This document shows positions 36,066 to 46,227 of a stretch of DNA of 47,093 nucleotides, one piece after another. The stretch comes from Amoeboaphelidium occidentale (Eukaryota). Numbering within the stretch: the stretch's first letter is position 1; the number at the start of each line of letters is the position of its first letter. The stretch is from assembly GCA_023515795.1 (NCBI GenBank), contig JALGPX010000084.1, forward strand, positions 1 to 47,093, read 5' to 3'. Made by a program: the position numbers and the translations under genes. A model generated the notes under the pieces. That model was not told the DNA's origin and ran no database searches. It saw only the letters and a list, made by a program, of their open reading frames with translations.

Positions 36066-37424
36066 CTATTGTCTAAATACCAAGCCAACACCATCATCAC
36101 CACCCGAGACGCAGAATTCTTCATTTGCAGCTAAAGCCAGAATTGTGTCTTGGTGTCCCTTGTATTGTCTCAGAAGATGTCCTGTTTTATAATTCCATTT
36201 TGACAATAATTTTCCGGCCGCTGTGACAAGGTGTTGATTATCAACTATTATGACGCATGAAACTGGTTCCTTAACAGATTAATGATAAAATTCTCGATAG
36301 ATACCTCGTGAGATAAAGTAATTCTTATTCTACCGGAATCCAAGTCCCAAACTAAAACCTTTCCATCGGAACTAGCGGAAACAAGCCAGCTAAAAATTAG
36401 AAAGTAAAACCTTCCTTAGAGACTTACTTCATCTCAGGACAGAAATGTAGAGCATTCACACTATTCTCGTGACCATCCAGAGACCCAACTAATTTTCCTG
36501 TCTGCGCAACAGTCAACCGAATGAATCCTTCTTCATCTCCAGTTGCAATTATCCTTCCATCTTGAGATGTTGCAAATGAGCAAATTGATGATTTATGCCA
36601 CCGTTCATCGTGACCTCCACCCATCTTCCATACTTGGCTGTAATTCTTTGGATCCCAGAAAATTAAAGAAGAATCTGCACTGCCACTGATAACATATTTA
36701 CCATCTCTACTAAAACCACCACATGTCACAGAATCTTCATGCTTTGAGAATACTCCCATAAATATTCCTTTCGGAACACTCCACATCCACACGGTGCCGT
36801 CATCAGCACCAGCAATTAAAACGTTTCCTCTTGGATGCCAGTCGATCCAAACAATTTCATTAGGCCCATCCAGAACGCAAATTTGCTCACAAGACGGAAC
36901 TAAAGACACGATTACTTTACCATCCATACCAGCCGTTGCAACATATGAACCATCGTGATTAAGTCCCACGTCGATAACAGAATCGCTATGGCCCAACAGA
37001 ACACCAATTTGCTCCCCTGTCAAATAATTCCATAAATACGCTTTATCGTCACCTCCACCAGAACAAGCCAAGTTTGCACGAGGCAGCATCGAAACCGCAT
37101 AAATTGGCTCAGCTAATCAAACATCAATACGAACAATGTTATAATTTACATCCATGACCAAAGAACGCCTGCCCAGAGTCATCTTCAATAAGAGGAACAC
37201 CCGGAATCCCTGTACCCGAATAATCAACTTCGCCTATTTAGAAAGATCAATCGTGTCCTTGATGTTTTGTCGAACATACTTTCGTCCTCAGACATTGGAG
37301 CACCTCCTGCATCGTTAACCTCTACGACTTCTACAACGTCGTTATCATCCATATAATTATCATTTTCGTGCGTTTCTTCGCCCTCTTCGTAATTTATTGG
37401 GTCTTCCTTATCGTGCTCGTCCAT
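36066..37424 (-). CDS. SQT1: Sqt1/AAMP-like WD40 ribosome-assembly chaperone
   Basis: Acidic N-terminus, DDSGQAFFGH, SGGGDDKAYLW, GHSDSV and WIDWHPRGNVLIAGADDGTVWMW. Several short introns. Confidence 0.85.
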
Positions 37425-37453
37425 TTGATTATCAAAACTGAAATTCTACGCAA

Positions 37454-38332
37454 ATGCTCTCAGCCCTACGAACACGCGCAACAAAACCGCAGACACTTTC
37501 GATTTCAGGCCAATTGAGGTTCCTTAGCACATCAGACGCGGTCGTGGAACAGAAAGCAAAGAAACATTTACCGCCAACATCGCAAACAGTGAACGTGCAA
37601 TTACCACCGACAACGATCCCATGGGAATCATTTCAGAACGAACCACGAGTCAAACCTACTCGGACAGGATACGTTCCAAAGAATGACATGGCATATGAGG
37701 GCTGGAGTGATGCTGAAGATAAGAAGCTCGTGGATATCATGATGAATAGCGTGGATGGAAAGCTAAGGAATTACGACAAGATTGCGACTGTGCACTTTCC
37801 TGACAAGCGACCAAGAGATATCAGAATGAGATGGAACACGTATTTAAGGCCTCAAAGGATGCTGGTCGATAAGAATGTCAGTGAGCTATGGAAGATGAAG
37901 AAGGCGTACGGCGATGAAATTGAAATTATCGATGGTCGTTGGTGTCATGTTCCTAAAGGTATCGCACAGTATCAGCCAAGCGATAAGTATGTTTCATACA
38001 GACCATATCGTCCAATGGCTCGCTACGATACCGGCTTGACTGTATTGGAAATCATGTCGCAAAAAGTTGCGGAACAAGAAGAATTAAGAAGACAAAAGGC
38101 TCGCGCGAGTGCCGAGTCTAGAAACAAGACTTTTGAGAGTAAGAAGAACGATATCGTGATTTTAGAAGAAGTTGAATGGACCAAAGAGGAAGATATGGTT
38201 CTAAGAGAAGGTTTGGAGATGTTTGGAAACCAATGGGACAAAATAAGCAATGCGTTGAGATCTAGAAAGCGTACCCCGGATGAATGCCGCGAAAGAATGG
38301 AACTATTATGTTCTCGTTCTGTTGAGGCATAA
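37454..38332 (+). CDS. Two-repeat Myb/SANT protein with presequence-like N-terminus
   Basis: Repeats WSDAEDKKL...RPRDIRMRWNTYL and WTKEEDMVL...NQWDKIS..RTPDECRER. The first 27 aa are R/S/T/L-rich with no acidic residue. Confidence 0.75.
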   Translation: MLSALRTRATKPQTLSISGQLRFLSTSDAVVEQKAKKHLPPTSQTVNVQLPPTTIPWESFQNEPRVKPTRTGYVPKNDMAYEGWSDAEDKKLVDIMMNSVDGKLRNYDKIATVHFPDKRPRDIRMRWNTYLRPQRMLVDKNVSELWKMKKAYGDEIEIIDGRWCHVPKGIAQYQPSDKYVSYRPYRPMARYDTGLTVLEIMSQKVAEQEELRRQKARASAESRNKTFESKKNDIVILEEVEWTKEEDMVLREGLEMFGNQWDKISNALRSRKRTPDECRERMELLCSRSVEA

Positions 38333-38385
38333 TCGCAGTATAAACAATTTAACTAAGATCGTTTTAATTACTTATTTATTGTGCT

Positions 38386-40881
38386 TTACTGTCCATATCT
38401 CTTTTCATCGTAAGCTGGTGGCATGTCTTCCGTAATTGCTGACCAAGGTCTCTCTATAGCAACCGCTTCTAAATTTTCCAAGTTTTCTGAATCCAAAAAA
38501 TCAAAGTGCAACAATGTATCAAAGTGATGAGAAATAGCTACAGAATTCTGAATTTTGTTCAAATATTTCTCTTCTTGGTAATCTTGAGCCTCAGGTTTCT
38601 TCTCTGCATCGCTTTTCGCATCCAATAACTTCTTTGTTGTATGTGACAACTGAGGAACAACTATTCTGGCCATCCATTTAACAGTATGAATGTATAAAAC
38701 AAACTTCTTCACCAATTCTTCCGATCCTTTGAAAAGCGGGAGCTGTTCAACTCTGCTTCTTACTCCAAGTATCACATCTTTTCTCTTACTGATCCATTTG
38801 AGATGAGAAATGCCTTCTTCTAATGTATAAACGAAACTTTTATGCTGTGCATCGTAAAACTTCATGCCAAGTTTCTGTTGCTTTCCAAAGTTTTGTGTTC
38901 TAGTAGGAATGATCAAGAACATTCTTCCGTCATTATCTTTGCATGATTGTGAAAGAGATAGCTTATCAAAGAAGAGTCCAGTTTGAATTGATGATCGTCC
39001 AATTTCGACATCTTGCTTCTTCCATGACTTTTTACCGCCCTCATTAACAAATAAAACTACCTGGTTCAGTGTATTTCCGACAGCAAACATTGATTTACAA
39101 GGAGACACAGCAAAAGATGTGCTGCATATGTCTTCACTACAATACTCCATTTTTTTCTCAACAGCAACTTTTCCATCTGCATTTAACTTCAGAATAAATA
39201 CTTTGTTAATTGAAATCAGGACCAAAGTAGAGTGTGAAATAAATCCAGCGAATTGACAGAATGGAATTTCAAGTCCCTCGAAACGATTAGATGCATTCTG
39301 AATGGAGCCATCTTGTTCATCTCTGCGATACAAGTGTTGCTTACCAAAAACATCACCTGCGAATATCCATTCCCCATTGTCACTTAATGCACTACAAACT
39401 ACATAATTCTTTTCTGGCAAAAATATTTCGGCCATAAACTTTGTCTCTTCTGCAATAGGCAAGAAACCTTGCTGAATGGCTTCAGTTTGAACACTTTTTC
39501 CAAGAGACCATAAGCATAATCGATTTTCCAAGTGACATAGAATTATTCTCTTAGATTTACAAAGGGTAATAGGACTATGAGCTGGAAATGGAGAAAATCT
39601 AGTCGGTTGGACTTCTTGGGAATTAAAACTTGTCGCTGGATTCAGCATGACTGTCAAGTTAGAGTCGATACCACCAGAAACCAGAGCGTCAATCAAAAAA
39701 GGCTGCTTTAAAGCTCTAGCAGCGTCACTTTCTTCGCTGTCAACATCCGAACCCTTTCTTTTCTTATCGAATGCCCACGGTTTCCGTCTTTGGACCCAAA
39801 CAAGCGACCGAATGTCGTGAGTGTGTATTCTGCGCCTTTGAACCATAACCCACTTCTTCTTTACCAATGACAGCTGAGCAATCTTTGCATCAACACCTGC
39901 AGCATAAATCACATTCTTCTCATCATTTGTGCAGATTGACAAAACATCAGCATCGTTGGTCTTGAAATTCTGTCTTATAGTACAGTTTCTTGTTTCCCAA
40001 ACCTTGACGCATCCTGTAGAATCGCAAGACACAAAAGTATCATTATCCAAAAACATAACGCCCCAGACGTAAATATCATTTTCTGTGCTTCTTTTGGAGT
40101 GATTAACAACACTCATGCGTTGAAGACTTCTTCCTCTTTCTGGATCCCATAGACGTATCATACCATCACTTTCGCCTGTAATAAGTCTCAGTGAAGTACC
40201 GCAGTATCCCCACGATAAAGACAGAATCCTGCCTCTTTGCTTCTCAAAACAGCGCACGTATTCTATGCTGCCGGCACCGCCTTGAATGTCAAACAATCGA
40301 ACACAACCATCTTCACAACCAATGGCCAACCATTTGTAACAAGGGCTGACACTCATACACCATATGGCACCACCTCCGTTGGAATCCACACAAGCAGCAA
40401 CCTTTAAAGTGTCCAAGTTATATTCCATGATCCAACCAGATAGAGTGCAACTGAATAAGCGCGGTGAATACACGAGGCTTTTGTCTTTCGGAGTTTTAGG
40501 GCCTGAGAACTTCTCTTTAGGTTCAATATCCATAGCGTTCTCTTCATCGTCTTCATCTTCTGATGCTTGATCGCGAACCAAATTGCTTTCCATTGAGCAA
40601 CTCAAGGAAAAACACAAAGACTCAATTGAAGCATCAGCAGAGCCAGGAATTGTGCACATTCTTGTCCAATTTGGTTTCGTGACTGCGCCCTCAAAGAAGC
40701 TCGTCAAAGCGGCAGGATCTTGTGGAAGGATTCCGGGCTTTCCAGACGTGTTCCATATTTCAATATCACCAGAGGAGCGCGCAACAGCGACTAAAGGATT
40801 TGGGTACGGCGAAGGAGTGGCTGCCAAATGATGAATGGCTCCAGGCTGGTACTTTATAAATCTACAACGATGAAGATCCAT
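38386..40881 (-). CDS. UTP4: U3 snoRNP protein Utp4/cirhin (WD40)
   Basis: MDLHRCRFIKY.P, AVARSSGDIEIWN, DSNGGGAIW, HTHDIRSL and the C-terminal IERPW...PPAY...YG. Confidence 0.92.
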   Translation of the reverse strand: MDLHRCRFIKYQPGAIHHLAATPSPYPNPLVAVARSSGDIEIWNTSGKPGILPQDPAALTSFFEGAVTKPNWTRMCTIPGSADASIESLCFSLSCSMESNLVRDQASEDEDDEENAMDIEPKEKFSGPKTPKDKSLVYSPRLFSCTLSGWIMEYNLDTLKVAACVDSNGGGAIWCMSVSPCYKWLAIGCEDGCVRLFDIQGGAGSIEYVRCFEKQRGRILSLSWGYCGTSLRLITGESDGMIRLWDPERGRSLQRMSVVNHSKRSTENDIYVWGVMFLDNDTFVSCDSTGCVKVWETRNCTIRQNFKTNDADVLSICTNDEKNVIYAAGVDAKIAQLSLVKKKWVMVQRRRIHTHDIRSLVWVQRRKPWAFDKKRKGSDVDSEESDAARALKQPFLIDALVSGGIDSNLTVMLNPATSFNSQEVQPTRFSPFPAHSPITLCKSKRIILCHLENRLCLWSLGKSVQTEAIQQGFLPIAEETKFMAEIFLPEKNYVVCSALSDNGEWIFAGDVFGKQHLYRRDEQDGSIQNASNRFEGLEIPFCQFAGFISHSTLVLISINKVFILKLNADGKVAVEKKMEYCSEDICSTSFAVSPCKSMFAVGNTLNQVVLFVNEGGKKSWKKQDVEIGRSSIQTGLFFDKLSLSQSCKDNDGRMFLIIPTRTQNFGKQQKLGMKFYDAQHKSFVYTLEEGISHLKWISKRKDVILGVRSRVEQLPLFKGSEELVKKFVLYIHTVKWMARIVVPQLSHTTKKLLDAKSDAEKKPEAQDYQEEKYLNKIQNSVAISHHFDTLLHFDFLDSENLENLEAVAIERPWSAITEDMPPAYDEKRYGQ

Positions 40882-40918
40882 TTTGAAAAGAGAAAATTTC
40901 AAAGACATTTTCCATTTG

Positions 40919-41344
40919 ATGTTTACAGCAGTAAATGCCATCAAAGCATCGCGGTTCTACCGGAAATCCACGCACAAGAGGGCTGTGCGTAATGTTATAG
41001 AAGCCCAGAAAGAAATGGTCAATAATCGGAAGGCTGATATCACCAATATCTTGAGGGACACAAATGCACACGATACTCCTAAACTAACCAAGAAACAGTC
41101 ACAAAATCCATCAATTATACATTCATGCTTGACACGGTGGTTTACCCGTTGGCAGAACAGGCGTAAATTCTATCAGACGATATCAGAAGATGAGAAGCGC
41201 TGGATAAAGCAGAATGATGTCAAGCCAGAAGAGCAATTACTAGGAATTGGAATACCGCAATGGATGAGATGGACGCTCTTTATTTCTGGCGCAACGATGG
41301 GCATTGTTTCCGCAGAAGTTTACTCACGGCGGAAAAGATCTTGA
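40919..41344 (+). CDS. Small hypothetical membrane protein, possibly mitochondrial
   Basis: Basic N-terminus MFTAVNAIKASRFYRKS and a C-terminal hydrophobic helix followed by RRKRS. Confidence 0.55.
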   Translation: MFTAVNAIKASRFYRKSTHKRAVRNVIEAQKEMVNNRKADITNILRDTNAHDTPKLTKKQSQNPSIIHSCLTRWFTRWQNRRKFYQTISEDEKRWIKQNDVKPEEQLLGIGIPQWMRWTLFISGATMGIVSAEVYSRRKRS

Positions 41345-41550
41345 ATGACATCAAAGAGCAAAGCTTTTAGCTAAGATCGTTCAGCATGGTGTGCTTGAAA
41401 GAGTTGGGTCGTGAGGTCGCGTCTGGGCTGGTATGTATTGAAAGATAGATGGACATGCCTGTTTGAGGTGGCCTGCGTGCTGATCACACCCTTCATGGGT
41501 TCTCACAAGAAGCTTGTTTGAAACCGCGATTTTTGAAGCTTCAAGTTTGA

Positions 41551-41982
41551 CCCCCCGACTCGGCATACAGCGGCAGTTCTGTATCAACAGTCCACGAAGA
41601 TATAGTACGTCAAGAGACTCCACCAGCTTGGGCTACCGTCGGCTTGCTTGGGCACGAAATTGCCGAACTGAGAAACTTGCTCGGAGTTCAGGGTGCCACC
41701 ATCGAATGGCTGCAAAGTGAAAAGGAGCAGCAAGATGAAACAACAAGGACACACAGAGAAGAAATCGCGCTGTTAAAGGAATCGGTTGCGAAGCAAAGTG
41801 CTGAAATCAGCAGATTAATGAAAGCCAACGAAGAGTTACAGGCACAAGTCAAATATCTGTTTGCAGTGGTGAATAAGCAAGATATAGAGATATCTGCTTT
41901 GAGACGAGTTGGGTTTTCCATAGCCCGCCCCGTGAAGTTTCTACTTGTGAAGAGGACAAAGGCAAAAAGGCTGATAAAATGA
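41551..41982 (+). CDS. Coiled-coil coding segment, start undetermined (spliced gene or remnant)
   Basis: Frame is open from 41551 to TGA 41982 with a heptad pattern, but has no early in-frame ATG. Confidence 0.35.
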   Translation, partial: PPDSAYSGSSVSTVHEDIVRQETPPAWATVGLLGHEIAELRNLLGVQGATIEWLQSEKEQQDETTRTHREEIALLKESVAKQSAEISRLMKANEELQAQVKYLFAVVNKQDIEISALRRVGFSIARPVKFLLVKRTKAKRLIK

Positions 41983-42205
41983 TTCGAGAGATCGAACCAT
42001 ACTTTGTTCATCTCCAGGAACAAATGAATAATCCTGGAAAGTTGCACTTCAGATACCGTTCAGCCTGAATCTTAAATTTCAACTGTAATCTTGTAGTTCA
42101 ATAAACTTTACTCTCGCTATTGAGGTAGAAGGCTTTTGTTTCAAGCAAATTTCTATTTTGTCAAGATTTAAAGCAATTTATCTTGGCTCGCTTCATTGGA
42201 AATAT

Positions 42206-43593
42206 TTAATTCTGTTGCAGTCTCTGTTTTACATTCAAGTCCTCACGCTCTGTTGCTGTTGATGCTCCTTCATTTTGTTTCAAATCTTTAGATTCAATGA
42301 CAGCTTCCTTCGGTTCATTTTCCACAATTTCTGGTTGAGAATCTTGTAAATGTTGTGTGTCTTCTGGTTGCTGTACAGGATCAAGGTTTTCTGGTTCTGG
42401 CTGCTGCTCTTCAACCTCTTGTTGAAATTGCCTTGTTAGAACTTCTTCAATACCTGGAGCCAAAGTGCCCACAAAAGCCAATAAAAAACTGAAAATGCTC
42501 CCAATGAATCCAATGTTAGAAAACCAATTGAAAGTGTTTGTGATGATGTCAGTGTTTCGAAACACATTGATTCTGTTGATAATCGGCGCATAGAACCCCA
42601 TTCGAAACAAGAAGTATGTTGATAAAGCCAAGAAGAAAACAACATTAGTGGTGCTCAGGGAAGTATCCCTAGGCCAAAACAAGTAAACAACTAGAGCCAG
42701 TCGCAGTAAACTGTAAGCACTCGTTAGAATAGTATCCAGACTAGGCAAGCGGAAAACATGCACATTCCATTGTATGCGTATATGATTTGGTCGTATCTGA
42801 GGGCCAATATTCACGGCATTGTTTGGTACGGCTGCAGCTTGATGAGTTTGAGGTTGAGCATTAATCGGAACAGAGCCGAAGCTATGGGAGGCATTGAAAG
42901 TCTGAGGAGCTACAGAAGGGCCACTCTTTGGAGCAACAAGATAAGGCAAACCTCTACACGGAAAACAATTAATCAAAACATGTTGAAACAAGTCTTACTT
43001 GATGTAAACAACTCTGCCGACGGGAAGGGTAGACGCACTCGAAATATCAGACGGCGTATCAATAGAAGCGGAAGCTTCTGGTGCGACAGAAGATGAAGAA
43101 CCCTGATCAATTTGATCATCTTTCTTGGGTGTGTTCTTTTCATTTACTATCGCCGCATGACCAACTTTCTTGACAACCAAATGCAAGACAACATTCTCGA
43201 ACTACGAATGTAAATCCCAAAGCGATGCTATAGACTTACGTTTTGTGAATTGATGTCAGATGATGTGTTTACATTAGATCCAAGCATTCCATTTCCCAAA
43301 GATTTCAATTGTACATAATTCTCCAGAATCCTTCCAGCGTAGATAAGCCTCTGATCGTTCGGTTGTGCCCTGGTCGGATGCTTCAAATGCAATAGATTTT
43401 TCAGTTCAGCGACAGACCATTCAGCGCTGGCTTGACATTTGAAATCCTGATCAGATGTGGTTGGGCATTTCACAGTGAATGACATCAGAGCACTCTGTTT
43501 CGAAAGCTCCGGTTCAGATGATGCTGATATTCCCAAGGAGTTGGATGTTGCTGGTTCCGGAGTTGCTGCAGATACAGTTGGAGTCGTGGCCAT
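42206..43593 (-). CDS. HERP/Usa1-like ER protein (N-terminal ubiquitin-like domain + TM segments)
   Basis: FTVKCPT...WSVAELKNLL...DQRLIYAGRIL...HLVVK ubiquitin-like domain, with C-terminal TM helices ending FVGTLAP. Two introns. Confidence 0.7.
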
Positions 43594-43760
43594 CGTAATA
43601 CGGAAAAGGTTTGATTGAGCAAGCCAATGGTGTTTGACTGCCAATTGGCCACATTACACAAAGTATGTAACGCTTATCCGCATAGATTAAATCTCACTAG
43701 AGTTGGGCAATAGATCTTCGATATCAAAACTTTATCTCGATTTTTCTTGTGGCAACATCA

Positions 43761-45308
43761 ATGGCTTCAACGAACATCGATCCTAAATATCATCATTTCT
43801 GGCTAAAGGTCATAATTCTCTTCGTATGCCTCCCATTCTCCTTGTTCCATGCTCTCATTAATGTGTTAATTGAGAAAGTGTTTCCTAAACCTAAAAGATG
43901 GGTGTGGGATGATGCTGCTAATCCAGGACGCAAGCGTATTGATTGCTTCAATGAATTACACTTTCCTGCAAACTTTTTATGGGGTACCGCGACTGCTGCC
44001 CATCAGGTCGAAGGCGGAAACACAAACAACAATTGGTACGAGTGGGAGAATGCTACAGACCCAAAGACTGGTAAATCTCGTATTTGGCGCGGCATGAAGA
44101 GCGGAAAGGCAGCTGACCATTGGAATAGGTTCAAGGAGGATGTCCGGCTTATGAAGAATTTGGGTGTTAACTCTTACAGATTCTCAATTGAATGGAGCAA
44201 AGTGGAGCCTAAGCAAGGTTGGTATGATGATGCTGTAATCCAACACTATTCCGGAGAAATTGATCATTTAATCCAGCAAGGGATTGTTCCTATGGTAACG
44301 CTGCATCACTTTACGCAACCCATTTGGTTTGATGAATTAGGTGGTTGGGAGAAGGAAGCCAATTTGAAACATTTCATCAAGTTCTGTGAGAAAGTGTATG
44401 AGGAGTTTTCTCAACGTGTTCCTTTCTGGTGCACATTCAATGAACCGACAGTGTTTGCTTGTGTTGGCTGGATTCAGGGCTCATTTCCTCCTGGTAAAGG
44501 AAAAGGGCAATTATGGAACCACATTGATGATGCTGTGAATGTAATGCAGAACATAATGATTGCGCACGTTCAAGTATACAAGGCATTGAAGGCCATAAAT
44601 CCTGAACCAAAAATTGGTATTGTGCATAACATGTTCCCAACAAATCCGTACTCCAGATGGAATCCTTTGGAGTATATCGCTGCTTACTTTGCTGATAAAT
44701 TGACTAATGATTTGGTTGTTCAGTTTTTCCGTACAGGAATTTACAAGTTCAAATTGCCGCTGCTAGGAAAGAATTTTAACCTGAAAATGGTTGATGCTCC
44801 GAATACTCTTGACTTCTTGGGATTTAATTATTATTCTCAAATGTTTTACAGAGTTCACTTGGATGCTGGAGATCCAATTCGTGCTGAGGCTCATCCTGAT
44901 GATGCCAGAATTAATGCCATGACTGATATGGAATATGCGCCATATCCGGAGGGGTTGTATTACTGTTTGAAAGGATTATCTGAAGCATTCCCTAACATTC
45001 CACTTTACATCACGGAAAATGGTATTGCTGATGAAGATGACTCAAGAAGGAAGATGTTTTTGAAGCGCGACTTGTACGCAGTTAGTCGTGCAATTAAGGA
45101 TGGAGTAGATGTTCGTGGATACTTCTATTGGACACTTATGGATAACTTTGAATGGGCTTTTGGTTATGACATGAGATTTGGGTTGTATGAAGTTGACTAT
45201 GGAAAGAACCATGATGGTGTTGATGCGACACTTCAAAGAAAATTGAGACCTGGCTCTGAATACTTTGTCAAAGTTGTCAAGAAGTTTGCGCAGTCTCAGA
45301 GCAAATAA
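43761..45308 (+). CDS. Glycoside hydrolase family 1 with N-terminal membrane anchor
   Basis: FLWGTATAAHQVEG, YRFSIEWS, TFNEP (acid/base), YITENG (nucleophile) and DNFEW motifs. Intronless. Confidence 0.95.
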   Translation: MASTNIDPKYHHFWLKVIILFVCLPFSLFHALINVLIEKVFPKPKRWVWDDAANPGRKRIDCFNELHFPANFLWGTATAAHQVEGGNTNNNWYEWENATDPKTGKSRIWRGMKSGKAADHWNRFKEDVRLMKNLGVNSYRFSIEWSKVEPKQGWYDDAVIQHYSGEIDHLIQQGIVPMVTLHHFTQPIWFDELGGWEKEANLKHFIKFCEKVYEEFSQRVPFWCTFNEPTVFACVGWIQGSFPPGKGKGQLWNHIDDAVNVMQNIMIAHVQVYKALKAINPEPKIGIVHNMFPTNPYSRWNPLEYIAAYFADKLTNDLVVQFFRTGIYKFKLPLLGKNFNLKMVDAPNTLDFLGFNYYSQMFYRVHLDAGDPIRAEAHPDDARINAMTDMEYAPYPEGLYYCLKGLSEAFPNIPLYITENGIADEDDSRRKMFLKRDLYAVSRAIKDGVDVRGYFYWTLMDNFEWAFGYDMRFGLYEVDYGKNHDGVDATLQRKLRPGSEYFVKVVKKFAQSQSK

Positions 45309-45364
45309 ACGGTTAAACTCTAAATTTTTCTTACAATAATGAATCAAACATCGGCGCATCAGCC

Positions 45365-45450
45365 AAATATACTTTCAGCAATACAATTGCCAATTAACTG
45401 CAATGCAATTATTGCAATAATTTATTACATGCGATTCCCAAATGGCAATT
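45365..45450. repeat. ATTGC/GCAAT palindromic repeat patch
   Basis: Six GCAAT/ATTGC units, including the perfect 16-bp palindrome AATTATTGCAATAATT at 45407-45422. Confidence 0.6.
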
Positions 45451-45602
45451 ATGTTTCAAGCCTGTTGAAAGCGGCCCTGACTAGATATAGATACCTCATT
45501 AAGGCAGAAGCAACTAGGTATCTACCGAACTGAAAGCGCATTCTTGAGCGTGAAGATAAGGTAAAATATCAAAAATAACGGTTTATTTACCGGATTGCCA
45601 GA

Positions 45603-45935
45603 TCAGTCGTCAAATAGGACTATCGTGCAAACACGGTACGGAACACAACTCGGATTCATTTGAGCCTCTTTCGATATGGCCATTACTTCCATTCGATCAC
45701 CAGAATCATCGTAAGCAACCCTGACGTCAATATTTTGGCTAGAATGTGGAAGAGTTTTTGCCTCGTTGAAAACGTTCACGAACTCGGTAACGTCCTCGTC
45801 AGCGATTATTCCCTTAATCAGATTAGGCTCTAAGTCACTCTGAACCCTGACGCATCGCAAAAGAATACGCACCAGTTCGATCTGCCGGGACGGGTCGAAA
45901 TCAAATTGCCCTAGATTGAACTTTATGTAGGCCAT
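45603..45935 (-). CDS. Orphan acidic protein, 110 aa
   Basis: ATG 45935 (MAYIKFNLG...) to TGA, globular-looking and intronless. Confidence 0.55.
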   Translation of the reverse strand: MAYIKFNLGQFDFDPSRQIELVRILLRCVRVQSDLEPNLIKGIIADEDVTEFVNVFNEAKTLPHSSQNIDVRVAYDDSGDRMEVMAISKEAQMNPSCVPYRVCTIVLFDD

Positions 45936-46227
45936 CTCGTGTCTTAACGGCGAAAAAATGACTGGCCACAAAAGCAAGGCCTAATCAGCCATTTTGGAAA
46001 CCATTGTTCAACAGGGGAAACTTATTACAGCGACTGAAACATACGACATTTATGAGGTTGCTGTGGATGAAGGCGAAATGAGTTGAAACCATGCCCTTTG
46101 GGAGTTTACACAAAGCTGGGCCAGAAAGCAATGGAAACCAAAGAAACAACGATACCAAGTGGAATTCGCTACTTATACTTTTTCTGATAAAATTCACCGG
46201 ATCCAGTTCCGTTGCTACGACTTTGAA

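Noticed and set aside
41454..41467. CATGCCTGTTTGAG, identical to the 3' part of fungal 5.8S rRNA
   Set aside because: Only 14 nt, sense orientation, and the flanks do not resemble 5.8S or ITS2. Most likely chance.
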